A stretch of 64,000 bases of DNA from Acutalibacteraceae bacterium (GTDB lineage Bacteria; Bacillota; Clostridia; Oscillospirales; Acutalibacteraceae), in the NCBI GenBank assembly GCA_045591285.1, contig JAZNSP010000012.1, forward strand, positions 4,718 through 68,717, given 5' to 3'. The translations under genes and the position numbers were made by a program. Of this stretch, positions 36,306 to 46,239 are shown in pieces. How positions within the stretch are numbered: position 1 is the first letter of the stretch; the number at the start of each line of letters is the position of its first letter. The notes under the pieces are model-generated. The model did no database searches, was not told the origin of the DNA, and was given only the letters and a program-made list of their open reading frames with translations.

Positions 36306-36914
36306 TTGGAATTTCATGAAAAGCTTTATTCTTTAAGAAAAAGCAGAGGACTCACGCAAGAGGAGCTTGGAGAAGCTCTGTTTGTATCAAGAGCTGCTGT
36401 TTCAAAATGGGAGCAGGGCAGAGGCTATCCTTCTGTGGAGTCATTAAGGGATATATCAGATTATTTTTCCGTATCAATTGATGACCTTCTTTCAGGGGAA
36501 AAGCTTCTTTTTATAGCGGAGAAGGAAAATAAATCAAAAATCCGCAGTCTTACGGAGCTTCTTTTCGGGATTACGGATTTAATGTCATTTCTTCTCATAG
36601 TTTTACCACTATATCCTCACAGAGAAGGGGATTTTGTGTATAGTGTAAATCTTATGGGGTATCTGCAGATAGCCTCACATTTTCGTGTAGTGTATCTTGT
36701 TTTATTTTCACTTCTTATACTTTTCGGTGTCATTAAGCTTTTACTTGTGCAGACAGACAAAGAAAAACCGCTGAAGATACTTTCGGAAATTTCCTTTATC
36801 GTAAATATTCTGACGGTAATATTTCTGTCCCTCACAAAAGAAACCTATGCACTCATAATGGCATTTTTATTGCTGATAATAAAAGCGGTATTGATAATAA
36901 AGTCAGAAAAATAA
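36306..36914 (+). CDS. XRE-family HTH protein with C-terminal TM domain
   Basis: LTQEELGEALFVSRAAVSKWEQGRGYPSVESL followed by 3-4 TM helices. Non-ATG start. Confidence 0.75.
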   Translation: MEFHEKLYSLRKSRGLTQEELGEALFVSRAAVSKWEQGRGYPSVESLRDISDYFSVSIDDLLSGEKLLFIAEKENKSKIRSLTELLFGITDLMSFLLIVLPLYPHREGDFVYSVNLMGYLQIASHFRVVYLVLFSLLILFGVIKLLLVQTDKEKPLKILSEISFIVNILTVIFLSLTKETYALIMAFLLLIIKAVLIIKSEK

Positions 36915-37005
36915 CCGATAAGGCACAATTTTTTGTTTTCTGCTTTCAAAAATGAAAAATTTTTCATTTTTTGAAAGTGATATTCTCAAAAAACAATATT
37001 CAGAT

Positions 37006-37048
37006 GTAAAAAGAGGTAATGCAGTTTTCCTTTCTGCATTACCTCTTA
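37006..37048 (-). terminator. Rho-independent terminator
   Basis: AAGAGGTAATGCAG...CTGCATTACCTCTT 14-bp stem. Confidence 0.6.
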
Positions 37049-37054
37049 AGTTTA

Positions 37055-38482
37055 TTATTTCAGCTGTTCGGAAATTTTCTTTCCTAAGTTCCGCATTTCA
37101 ATTACTATATCACCGTCGGGGATAAAGTAACAATTTTTCTTTGTAAGTATTTTATATTCCAGCTGTCTTAATGCCATGATAACAAGTCCGCCCACAAATC
37201 CGCTTATGATTATTATGAAGAAGAGGGGAAGGCGGCATGTGAGGAAATCTCCTGAACGAAGGGGAAGGGTGAAGCTCATGAAGATTTCACCACGCTTAAA
37301 AAGTTCGGAGAAGGTATATTCAACCGCACCGTAGGTGTATTCACCTGTCATGTAATTGGGAAGAGAGCCGTCTGTGTAGGCAGTGTTCACAATTCCGAAA
37401 AGGGCAGTAATAACCGCACCGAAGGCGGAGCCTGCCATGAAGCCGGGGATATAAGTAAAGGGACTTCTCATGGCAAGGGGCATTGAGGGAGCCACTGTCA
37501 GCTTTATGTTTTCAAAGAATGCATTTATGGGGCCTGTGGTGGCTAAATTGAAATCGTTTGTGTCCGTAACGCCGCCCTTTTTGAATATCTTACAGCAAAG
37601 CACACCGAAAAATGCAGTCCATGCAACAGAAATGAAGCAGACGGAATAAATTGTGATAAGCTGTGCATCTCCTGTTGCGAAATATGAGGCGGTTGCAACG
37701 GAAAAAGCGGAAAGGGAAAGAGGGCCTATAAGGTCAGAGCCTACCATAAGACCCATTATAAGTGCTGTGAGAATAACATCGGAAGAAGAAAGCTCTGTAA
37801 GGAAATTGCCGAGAGTAGTTGCAAGAGCATTGAAGGGAACTTCAATACCGTATTTTATAAGCATGAATGTGGTTGCCGCACTTGCAACGGGAATAATGAG
37901 AACAAGCACGATAAGGTCAACGCCTTCGATGACTTCAAGACCCTTGAGAGTATCGGGAATAAGGCTTATTTTCTTCCTGAGCTTTGTGATAATACCGTCT
38001 ATGCCGTGTCCGATTTTTACCTTAAGGTTTGTCCAGCCGGCATATAAAAGCTTTATGAGAAGTGAAAGTATAACAGCCATTATAAGATAGCCCATATAAC
38101 CTATTGCAGTAGCGTTTGCATAACCTGAAGGGGTTGAGAAAAAGGCGGGATACATATTTACGGCATCAGCGGAGGCTTCCGTAAAATGACAGAAATAAAC
38201 TGCAAGAGAAAGGGAAGGTGCAATTGCTGGAATTCCTGCTATGAGATAAGAAAGGACAAGAGAAAGGGCAATAAAGAAAAAGTCTGTTGCCCAGAAAAGA
38301 ATGAACCATAAGGTAGGCTCGTTTTCTGCACCCGTAAGTCCGAAAATATGATAAGTGCTGAAAAGATTTTGTATTACGAAGAAAAATCCTGCACCCAATG
38401 CGCCGAAGAGCTGAACTATGAACATTATAGCCGTTGCTCTGTAAATTTTTTCTTTTGTGTCAAGATAAAGCTTTTTAATCAT
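37055..38482 (-). CDS. Polytopic membrane protein (putative transporter, family uncertain)
   Basis: 475 aa with more than 10 hydrophobic helices. Confidence 0.5.
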   Translation of the reverse strand: MIKKLYLDTKEKIYRATAIMFIVQLFGALGAGFFFVIQNLFSTYHIFGLTGAENEPTLWFILFWATDFFFIALSLVLSYLIAGIPAIAPSLSLAVYFCHFTEASADAVNMYPAFFSTPSGYANATAIGYMGYLIMAVILSLLIKLLYAGWTNLKVKIGHGIDGIITKLRKKISLIPDTLKGLEVIEGVDLIVLVLIIPVASAATTFMLIKYGIEVPFNALATTLGNFLTELSSSDVILTALIMGLMVGSDLIGPLSLSAFSVATASYFATGDAQLITIYSVCFISVAWTAFFGVLCCKIFKKGGVTDTNDFNLATTGPINAFFENIKLTVAPSMPLAMRSPFTYIPGFMAGSAFGAVITALFGIVNTAYTDGSLPNYMTGEYTYGAVEYTFSELFKRGEIFMSFTLPLRSGDFLTCRLPLFFIIIISGFVGGLVIMALRQLEYKILTKKNCYFIPDGDIVIEMRNLGKKISEQLK

Positions 38483-38661
38483 AAAATCTCTCCTTTGCTG
38501 ATTTAATTATATTAAATCAGAAGAATAAAAGCAATAAAAAAGTGTTTAGCAGCCTTATTTGCGTGAACAAATTCATTGAATTGTCGGCGTGCTTATGTTA
38601 ATATAGGGGAAATGAAAAGCAAGGAATAAATATAGAAAAAATAAATAAGGACAGTGGGAAA

Positions 38662-39345
38662 ATGAAGGATAAGAAAAAGACCATTATAATTATAATAACG
38701 GGAATTTTAATACTCATAGCGGGAATTTATTGCAAACAGCAGTTTTTCCTTATGATACCTCTTTTTATATCGCTGTTTGTTATGGCGTTTCAGTCAGAAG
38801 CCAACAGAATAGGTGCACTTATGGGGGCAATAAATTCTCTCATATATACGGCGGCTTATATTTATATGGGTGTATATGCATCTGCCGCATCGGCATTTCT
38901 TTTCAGCTTCCCCATACAGCTTATGACGTTTTTTTCCTGGAAGAAAAAAGCATATAAAAATACAGCCATATTCAAGAGCATGACTAAGAAAATGCGGATT
39001 ATTCTGTCCTCTCTGCTGATACTTATCTGGATTGCTATGTTTTTCCTTTTTAAGAGCCTTGACTATGAATATGCTCTTCTTGACAGCCTTACCTTCCTTT
39101 TAGGCTTCGTAACACCTGTGCTTACAATGCTTGCTTACATTGAATATACGTACCTCTGGATAATTCAGGCTGTCGTGGGAATTCTTCTGAGTGTTCAGAT
39201 GACAGTAGTGGATTACCGTCAGCTTACGTATCTCATTTACTCCGTATATTGCTGTTACTGTGTAATCCTTGCATTTATTTCCGTAAGAAAATTCTATAAG
39301 GAACAGCAGGAAACGGCTGTTATGTTGGATGACGTTAGAAATTGA
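38662..39345 (+). CDS. Membrane protein, possibly PnuC-like nicotinamide riboside transporter
   Basis: 227 aa, 7-8 TM, size and topology PnuC-like. The family call is weak. Confidence 0.35.
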   Translation: MKDKKKTIIIIITGILILIAGIYCKQQFFLMIPLFISLFVMAFQSEANRIGALMGAINSLIYTAAYIYMGVYASAASAFLFSFPIQLMTFFSWKKKAYKNTAIFKSMTKKMRIILSSLLILIWIAMFFLFKSLDYEYALLDSLTFLLGFVTPVLTMLAYIEYTYLWIIQAVVGILLSVQMTVVDYRQLTYLIYSVYCCYCVILAFISVRKFYKEQQETAVMLDDVRN

Positions 39346-39454
39346 GATAAAGTTTTGAGAAAAGGTCTGTGTTGACTGCATAAAGATATTTATGATAGAA
39401 TTAATATGAGAGTATATTTTTTGTATTATAGGTTTTTAATCAAGGTGATAAAAT

Positions 39455-40540
39455 ATGACATATTCACAACGAATAGAAAATATAATTGCAAACATAAGTA
39501 CAACTTTGGTAGATTTTTCCGGGCCAAGAAACAGAGCAAGTGCTCCAACACAGGTTTCATCAGAATTTTTGACAAATAAAGAACAGGGAGATTGGGCAGA
39601 GGCTACACTGTTGAATGCTGTTAATGAAAATTCCGAAAATTATGTTGCTGTGAAATATGGTAGAGATGATGATATTATCGCAGGTGAAGATGGATTTAAA
39701 GAGTTTTATGAAGCTTATCAAAATGAACTAGATGAAATAGGTAAACGACCGGATATTCTTATTTTTGAAAAAAAGGATTTTCCGTTTGATGTCTTAAATA
39801 TAAGTAATTTTTCAAATGAAGTTTTAGATGAAATTGTTCCTAAGGCTAAATGCGGAATAGAGGTTAGATCAAGTGCATTTTTGATTGATAAATATGAATC
39901 CTATATGAATGATAAACAAAATCGATTGGTTTGTGAAGCTTTGGCATTAAGAAAACAGATTTTAACTAACTATGGGATTTTGTTGAAAGAAAAAGAAGAA
40001 GAACTATATAAAATAATTCAATCTGTGTCATCGGAAAATTTACATGTTATAAGTTTTAAAGCTCCTGTTTGGAGAGCTACATCTGAACTTTCGGAATTGT
40101 CGTTGCTTTTGAGAAATTTATATAAGATAATATCTGAAATAAATAAACGAACTTATTTAAGCATTACACCTAAAGTTGAAGATTTGAAGGTTGTTTATAA
40201 TTGGATAAGAAAGTATAATGTACCCCATTTTTATGTCCAAGTGTTTTTTGATAAGGCTTATGGTATATCATTTGAGAAAATTTTGACACTTATCGGAAAT
40301 CCTGCTTTAGAAGGTAAAAAATATTTTATTGAGGCAGATATAAAAAATCAAAATAAAACAACAATAAAAATTAAGGCAAAAGAAGAAGATAACATATTAG
40401 AAAATGTTTGTATTCCGGAACATTACAGTGAAATGAAAGAACTTGGTAGAGGTCGCTTGTTGTTTTTTGTAAAGTTCAAGGACAGTTTATCAGTTTTGAG
40501 TAGAGATGCTTTTAAAAAACTTTTTGGGTTTGAATTATGA
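39455..40540 (+). CDS. Putative type II restriction endonuclease
   Basis: 361 aa. Its stop overlaps the methyltransferase start (ATGA). Possible PD-(D/E)xK elements (RPDILIF ... CGIEVRSS). Very low G+C. Confidence 0.5.
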   Translation: MTYSQRIENIIANISTTLVDFSGPRNRASAPTQVSSEFLTNKEQGDWAEATLLNAVNENSENYVAVKYGRDDDIIAGEDGFKEFYEAYQNELDEIGKRPDILIFEKKDFPFDVLNISNFSNEVLDEIVPKAKCGIEVRSSAFLIDKYESYMNDKQNRLVCEALALRKQILTNYGILLKEKEEELYKIIQSVSSENLHVISFKAPVWRATSELSELSLLLRNLYKIISEINKRTYLSITPKVEDLKVVYNWIRKYNVPHFYVQVFFDKAYGISFEKILTLIGNPALEGKKYFIEADIKNQNKTTIKIKAKEEDNILENVCIPEHYSEMKELGRGRLLFFVKFKDSLSVLSRDAFKKLFGFEL

Positions 40541-42024
40541 AAGAAAAGAAAAAAGAATTAGGCCAATTTTTTACAGAACAGAATATTGCTGATTTTATGG
40601 CAAAATTGGTTGTAACTGAAAATACAAAAACAGTTTTAGATCCTTGTGTAGGACCAGGGATTTTATTGAAGTGTATAAATGAGAGAAAATATAACGATAT
40701 TAAATATACTGCATTTGAAATAGACAATGAAATGATTTCAATTTTCAGAAGTAAAAATAAATTTGAAGTTGATTTGTTTGAGTGCGATTATTTAATGAGT
40801 AACATAGACCAAAAGTTTGATTCAATTATATGCAACCCGCCTTATAACAAATTTCAGTCAGTTGAGAGCAGAAAAAAATATATTTCGTTATTCGAAGAAA
40901 AATACGGAATAAAAATGAGTGGATATTGTAATCAGTGTGTATATTTTTTGATCAAAAGTTTAAACGAATTAAAAGCTACAGGTAAATGCGCTTTTATAAT
41001 GCCGTATGAGTTTTTTAATTCCGGATATGGCGTTGCTGTCAAAAAGTTTTTATTAGAGGACAAACGCATTAAAACAGTTTTCAAGTTTAGCAACAAAATA
41101 AAATTGTTTTCAGATGCTATTACCACATCTTGTGTTTTGTTTTTTGATGGAACTGAACATGATAAAGTAAATTTTGTTACGATATCAGAGTTAAGTGAGA
41201 TTGAGAATGAAAACTTTAATAATTCCATAGAATATTCTTTTTATGATTTGAAGCCCGAAGAAAAATGGAATACATATTTTAAAAATTCAAAATCAGATTA
41301 TAAAAATTTGATAATGTTTAAAGATATTGCAAAAGTAAAGCGAGGTATTGCAACCGGAAATAATAAGTATTTTTGTTTGTCTGCAAGTGACTTGGAAAGG
41401 TATGGAATAAGTCAAAATGCTCGGGTAAGATGTGTTTCGAAATCCGCTGATGTCAATACTTTGATTTTTACGGAAAGTGATTATGATGCATTAGAGAAAT
41501 TGGATAAAAAAAGTTATTTATTTGATGGATGTGCAGCAAGCACTACTTCTGATTTTGACTATATTAAACATGGTGAACAAATAAAAGTTGACAGCAGTTA
41601 TTTGAATAGCCATAGATCACCTTGGTATTCATTAGAAAACCGTGAAATTGCTCCAATTTGGATATCTGTATTCAGCCGCGGTAAACTAAAAATTATCAGA
41701 AATGAAACGAACACCAAAAATCTGACCACTTTTCACGGTATTTATCTGAATGTACAAAATGAAAATCTCATAAATGTTTTTTTCTGCTATCTGTTGACTC
41801 CTATATGTCAGCAAATACTGTATGAGAATAAGCGTGAATACGGAAACGGATTGGACAAATTTGAACCGAATGATTTAAATGAAGCAAAGGTCTTAGATAT
41901 ATTTGTAGTTCAAAAGGAAGATATTGATAAGATTTTGGGAATTTACAGAGAACTTAAAGGAAATAGATACTCATATAGCAAAATAGAAGAGTTAAACTTT
42001 ATTTTTTCGAAATATATATGTTAA
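40537..42024 (+). CDS. N6-adenine DNA methyltransferase (gamma-class, Eco57I/TaqI-like)
   Basis: Motif I VLDPCVGPGILL precedes motif IV ICNPPYNKF. N-terminal GQFFTEQNIADFM. Confidence 0.85.
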   Translation: MKEKKKELGQFFTEQNIADFMAKLVVTENTKTVLDPCVGPGILLKCINERKYNDIKYTAFEIDNEMISIFRSKNKFEVDLFECDYLMSNIDQKFDSIICNPPYNKFQSVESRKKYISLFEEKYGIKMSGYCNQCVYFLIKSLNELKATGKCAFIMPYEFFNSGYGVAVKKFLLEDKRIKTVFKFSNKIKLFSDAITTSCVLFFDGTEHDKVNFVTISELSEIENENFNNSIEYSFYDLKPEEKWNTYFKNSKSDYKNLIMFKDIAKVKRGIATGNNKYFCLSASDLERYGISQNARVRCVSKSADVNTLIFTESDYDALEKLDKKSYLFDGCAASTTSDFDYIKHGEQIKVDSSYLNSHRSPWYSLENREIAPIWISVFSRGKLKIIRNETNTKNLTTFHGIYLNVQNENLINVFFCYLLTPICQQILYENKREYGNGLDKFEPNDLNEAKVLDIFVVQKEDIDKILGIYRELKGNRYSYSKIEELNFIFSKYIC

Positions 42025-42073
42025 GGAGAGGATTGTATTTTGCAATCCTTTCTTTTTTTGTTGCATAACCCTA

Positions 42074-42102
42074 TTGACAAAGGGGATGGGCTTTGTTATA
42101 TT
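42074..42102 (+). promoter_or_regulatory. Sigma-A-type promoter for the PadR operon
   Basis: TTGACA (42074-42079), 17 nt, TATATT (42097-42102). Confidence 0.45.
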
Positions 42103-42150
42103 ATGCATAGGTGCTCTATGCATCGAAACTCTATGTATAGGAGGATGAGT

Positions 42151-42495
42151 ATGAATATAAAAAAAGAGCTTACAAAGGGAAGCAGTGCTTTGCTTGTTTT
42201 GTCGGTGCTTGAAAAGGAAGACCTTTACGGTTATATGATTATAAAAAGAATTTCCGAGAGAAGCGAAAACGTTTTTTCCTTCAAGGAAGGCACCCTATAT
42301 CCCATTCTTCATAATTTTGAAGCCAACGGTTACGTAAAATCCTATACCGTTGATACAGATGCGAGAAAAAGAAAGTATTATAAGCTTACCAATAAGGGCA
42401 AGAAGGTGCTTGAAGAAAGCCGCGAGGAATGGAAGGTTTATACTACTGCGGTAAGAAAGGTGATCGACGTAAATCCTGCCGTTTCCTTAGTATGA
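42151..42495 (+). CDS. PadR-family transcriptional regulator
   Basis: LLVLSVLEKEDLYGYMIIKRISERSENVFSFKEGTLYPILHNFEANGYV. The ATG is 6 nt after AGGAGG. Confidence 0.85.
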   Translation: MNIKKELTKGSSALLVLSVLEKEDLYGYMIIKRISERSENVFSFKEGTLYPILHNFEANGYVKSYTVDTDARKRKYYKLTNKGKKVLEESREEWKVYTTAVRKVIDVNPAVSLV

Positions 42496-42510
42496 TAAGG
42501 GGGTGGTGTT

Positions 42511-43995
42511 GTGAGCAGAATAACAGAATTTGTTGACTCATTCATTCCCGATAACCTACCGAAAAGCAGAAAGGCTGTTCTCAAATCAGAGCTTACAAAT
42601 CATATTTTAGATAAAGCGGAATACTATATGGAAATAGGCTTTTCCGAAAACGACAGCACAGAAAAGGCTATAGAGGATTTCGGCTCTGATAAAGAAATGA
42701 AGAATTTCATTTTAGGTGAATTCGAGGAGCTTTATGCAGAAAGAGATATTCTCGGTGTATTGGCATTCGTTTTTATATGGGTTATGAATATTCTCTGTTA
42801 TCCTCTTGATTTATGGGTAACAAGTGCCGATTTTCACAGAGATACAGATCCTCCGAGTGCATTCTGCAGCTTTATGATGATATTTCTGGTTCTTGTGATA
42901 ATTACGGTTGCCAGAATAAAAAAATACAGAAAAACGCTGATTGCCGTTGCAATTGCAAATATAACTGTAGCGGCTCTGATTTTAATAAGCTTCTATACAC
43001 AGATGGCATCTTATGCCGTTGGTGAAAACGTAATTTATCTTATTGACCGCTTCACTCCGTTTTATATGGGAGAAGCCATAATTTACGGTTCTTACGGAAT
43101 TGTGACAATGGCTGTATGGTACGCCTTTCTGCTTGTTCCTGCACTGTACTCAATTATCACTGCAATAAGGATTAAAAAGGGCAGTGCAAAGAAAGTAGAA
43201 AACAGCAGAAAAAAAGTTGGTATTTTTACAATTGTCTATTTTATCGCTGTGATAATTACCTGCGTTTTACAGCCAACGGCTCATAAGTATATTGATGATT
43301 ATCCTGTGTGGTTTACCGAGTTTTGCCAGCCTGTAACCGACGGACTTCGGGAGGCTTACGGAGAAATTGGTATCGGTGCAGATTTAAGCACGGTATCAGA
43401 TAAGCTTCAGTTAAAGGGTTATATCAGCGTTGAGGAATATATTGACACACTTGATAAGCTGACAAAAAAGCAGTTTGTTAATGAAATTGACGTTTTCAGC
43501 TTCATAGAGGGTTATTCAATATGGTTCAATCCTGAAGCGAGAGGTAAAAAAGGCTTTATCGGTATAAAAGAAGAAGACGGAATTGTTACGGGTGTCGCTG
43601 TGGGAAATCTCAACTCATTTATGTATGAGTATTCGGGAAGAAGCTACAGCTTCGGATATTATGATGATAATCAGTATGATATGGATGAATTTTATGAGTC
43701 CTTTGAAAATATAAAAATAGGGGACTCACACAATTCTGTAATGGAGATTTTCGGTAGTAAGCTTGGAAAAATCTATACCGAAAGAATTTTTTATGAAAAT
43801 GATAAGCTGAAGCACTATTACAGAATTTATGCCAAAGGAATTGTCCGACCTGAAGAAAAGCATTATCTTTATCAGGAGGATCACTGCTATATAGAGCTTC
43901 AGTTTTCCGATTATTCGCTTGAAAAGGGAATACTTTATATAGAACAGTACGAAAAGAACGGCGAGCAGTCACTTGAAAAGCGTTTTGTTAAATAA
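42511..43995 (+). CDS. PadR-associated membrane protein (N-terminal DUF1700-like prefix, 5-6 TM, extracytoplasmic C-domain)
   Basis: GTG start after GGGGG. The N-terminal helical segment KAVLKSELTNHILDKAEYYMEIGFSENDSTEKAIEDFGS is typical of PadR partners. Confidence 0.55.
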   Translation: MSRITEFVDSFIPDNLPKSRKAVLKSELTNHILDKAEYYMEIGFSENDSTEKAIEDFGSDKEMKNFILGEFEELYAERDILGVLAFVFIWVMNILCYPLDLWVTSADFHRDTDPPSAFCSFMMIFLVLVIITVARIKKYRKTLIAVAIANITVAALILISFYTQMASYAVGENVIYLIDRFTPFYMGEAIIYGSYGIVTMAVWYAFLLVPALYSIITAIRIKKGSAKKVENSRKKVGIFTIVYFIAVIITCVLQPTAHKYIDDYPVWFTEFCQPVTDGLREAYGEIGIGADLSTVSDKLQLKGYISVEEYIDTLDKLTKKQFVNEIDVFSFIEGYSIWFNPEARGKKGFIGIKEEDGIVTGVAVGNLNSFMYEYSGRSYSFGYYDDNQYDMDEFYESFENIKIGDSHNSVMEIFGSKLGKIYTERIFYENDKLKHYYRIYAKGIVRPEEKHYLYQEDHCYIELQFSDYSLEKGILYIEQYEKNGEQSLEKRFVK

Positions 43996-44026
43996 TCTTC
44001 TGAATTAATACAGAATAAAGCAAAAA

Positions 44027-44066
44027 TTCCTCCTTCACAAAATTTTTTGTGAGGGAGGAAAAATTT
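44027..44066. terminator. Bidirectional terminator
   Basis: TTCCTCCTTCACAAAA-tt-TTTTGTGAGGGAGGAA. Confidence 0.7.
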
Positions 44067-44068
44067 TA

Positions 44069-45196
44069 TTATTCCGTAAAGCTTTTCTTTATTGCTTCAA
44101 GGTAGCCGTAGCCGTAAAGGTCATCGGGCTGTAAGTAGCTTGTTTCAGTCCATTCGTTCCAGCTGTTTACTGTAATGAGAGGAGCTTTTGTCGTGCCCTT
44201 TTCAAGCAATTCGTCAGTAAGTGCTTTTATCTTATCGCAGGCAATACCGAAGTTTTCAGGGGTATTGTTAAGAGCAACACCCTTCATAAAATTATAAAAT
44301 CTTACGTTATTATCCCAGCCCACAGAGATGTTGGGATAGAAAGGAATGCTCAGCTTTTCAGAGGATTTTTTGTGGTGAATTATATATTTATCCGTGCTGT
44401 CCTTAAAATCCTCATCAAGAGGCACACAGCTCCACCAGTTATAATTGGTAACGGAGTCGGCACCTAAGATATCATAGACCTCATAAGAGGTTTTTGCATA
44501 ACAGGGATCGTCTTTATTGAGCCAATCCAGAACTCTTTCACCCCAGTCAACGAACTGAAGGTGAAGTCCCTTAAAGCCTGCCTTTACGGTTTTTTCTCTG
44601 AACCTTTCAATTCCCTTTCTGCACTCTTCAACAGTGCCGAAGGAGCGAATGAAATTATCCATATCAAAAATCATATAAACAGGACAGCCGTCTATCATAT
44701 AATAATTTTTACGGCTGAAATATTTTTCAATGGTTCTGTCACAGATACTGTCAAAAATATCGGGGGTTACCGTGCCGTTCCAGATTACTGTTGAAAGGTC
44801 ACTGTCTGAATTTCTCTTATCCCATAAATGTGTTGCGTGATGATTTGCCCACATAAGAAAGAATTTCATTTCCTCATTGTTTTTTGCTTTAAGAAAGCCG
44901 TCGTTAAGACAGTTTTCAAGAAACGGGCGGTTATCATACCAGTACCAGTCATAAATAAATACGTTTACACCATGAGAAACAGCGCAGTCGATCTGCATTT
45001 CCATAATGCGGCTGTCTGCCTCGTTAACATATCCCCATAAGGGCTTTCTCGGCCATCGGCAGCCCTCATAGCCTCTGTCCGTCATAGCTTTTACGGTCTG
45101 CCATTCACCGTAGCCTTCGGGCCAGAAAATTTTTGTGCGAGGCTCATCACCTGTATATGAGGGCCATATAAAAGCGGCAATATCATATTTACTCAT
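44069..45196 (-). CDS. GH99-like / WbsX-like domain protein
   Basis: The pattern GYGEWQTV...GYVNEADSRIMEMQIDCAVSHGVNVFIYDWYWY resembles the WbsX/GH99-like family signature. Confidence 0.5.
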   Translation of the reverse strand: MSKYDIAAFIWPSYTGDEPRTKIFWPEGYGEWQTVKAMTDRGYEGCRWPRKPLWGYVNEADSRIMEMQIDCAVSHGVNVFIYDWYWYDNRPFLENCLNDGFLKAKNNEEMKFFLMWANHHATHLWDKRNSDSDLSTVIWNGTVTPDIFDSICDRTIEKYFSRKNYYMIDGCPVYMIFDMDNFIRSFGTVEECRKGIERFREKTVKAGFKGLHLQFVDWGERVLDWLNKDDPCYAKTSYEVYDILGADSVTNYNWWSCVPLDEDFKDSTDKYIIHHKKSSEKLSIPFYPNISVGWDNNVRFYNFMKGVALNNTPENFGIACDKIKALTDELLEKGTTKAPLITVNSWNEWTETSYLQPDDLYGYGYLEAIKKSFTE

Positions 45197-45226
45197 AGTA
45201 TTCTCCTCTTTAGATATTTGTTTTGT

Positions 45227-46147
45227 TTACTGATAAATTCTTACGTAGTCGATAACAAATTCTGTTCTGAAGCTTTCCTTGTCGAAGCCTTCAAATTCTT
45301 CAATACCGGGAATTTCAAGAGAAACAATAACCTCTTCCTCAACCTGAGAAACGCCGTTACCGAAGGAAGAACGGATAGATTCAACTCCGTTTACGTAGAA
45401 AATATACTCTTCATCTGTCCATTTAAGACCGTAGGTATTATATTCCTCGGTTATGTTATTACCCTTGAATTTTCCCATCATACAGGACTGATAGCCTTCT
45501 TCAACGCCGTCAACACCTGCACAGTGAATTGCGTGGGTAACACAGAATTTATCCTTGTTGTTATAACAGCTTGATTCAAAAATATCAATTTCGGCACCGC
45601 CTATACCGCCCTTTGACTCAGAGGCGGTGTAAGGAGCAGATGCCTGAATCCAGAATGCAGACCAGAAGGCGTCTGAATCATTTACCTTACATCTTATTTC
45701 AAAATAACCCTTTTCATATCTCTCTTTAAGTCTTATTGCGGCGGCATACCAGCCGTCACCGAAGCTACCGTTTTCAACGTATTCACCGGCAATAATGAGA
45801 TTGCCGTCCTTTACGGATACCTGACTTGAAGCGTTGAAGCCGCCCCGTCTTTCACCTTCCGCACGGTGCTCCCACACATCAAGGTTAAGAGAATCACCTT
45901 CAAACTCGTCTTCAAAAACAAGCTCGTAGCCTGTAAGGTCAAGTGTTTCCCCGTCGGGTGTGAGAGGAGAACCGAAAATAAGCATAAGTATAATTTCACC
46001 TATTGCAACAATTTTTGCAAGAACTGCCTTAAAGGAAAAATCGCTGAAAAGATGCTTTATATAGTCAAACATTTTTTCAACTGCCCAGATCTCTCTGAAG
46101 CTGAGATGTAACGCTTCATAAATTCTTTCCATAAAAAAACCTCCCAA
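45227..46147 (-). CDS. GH16 beta-glucanase-like protein with N-terminal membrane anchor
   Basis: Catalytic GGAEIDIFES (ExDxxE). Confidence 0.8.
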   Translation of the reverse strand: MGGFFMERIYEALHLSFREIWAVEKMFDYIKHLFSDFSFKAVLAKIVAIGEIILMLIFGSPLTPDGETLDLTGYELVFEDEFEGDSLNLDVWEHRAEGERRGGFNASSQVSVKDGNLIIAGEYVENGSFGDGWYAAAIRLKERYEKGYFEIRCKVNDSDAFWSAFWIQASAPYTASESKGGIGGAEIDIFESSCYNNKDKFCVTHAIHCAGVDGVEEGYQSCMMGKFKGNNITEEYNTYGLKWTDEEYIFYVNGVESIRSSFGNGVSQVEEEVIVSLEIPGIEEFEGFDKESFRTEFVIDYVRIYQ

Positions 46148-46239
46148 GTGTTTGATTTTATTCTATATTCTGATAAGGTGTTTGTCAACTCCCTGTGCTT
46201 GACTTATATCTGAAGCTGACATATAATTGAAAAAAGGCA

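Noticed and set aside
38483-38661. Possible NAD+/pnuC-type riboswitch upstream of the PnuC-like gene.
   Set aside because: I could not identify a conserved pseudoknot or stem pattern, and the PnuC call itself is weak.
42040-42150. Longer PadR ORF starting at 42040.
   Set aside because: The extension covers the TTGACA-17-TATATT promoter. AGGAGG precedes the ATG at 42151, where PadR homology begins.
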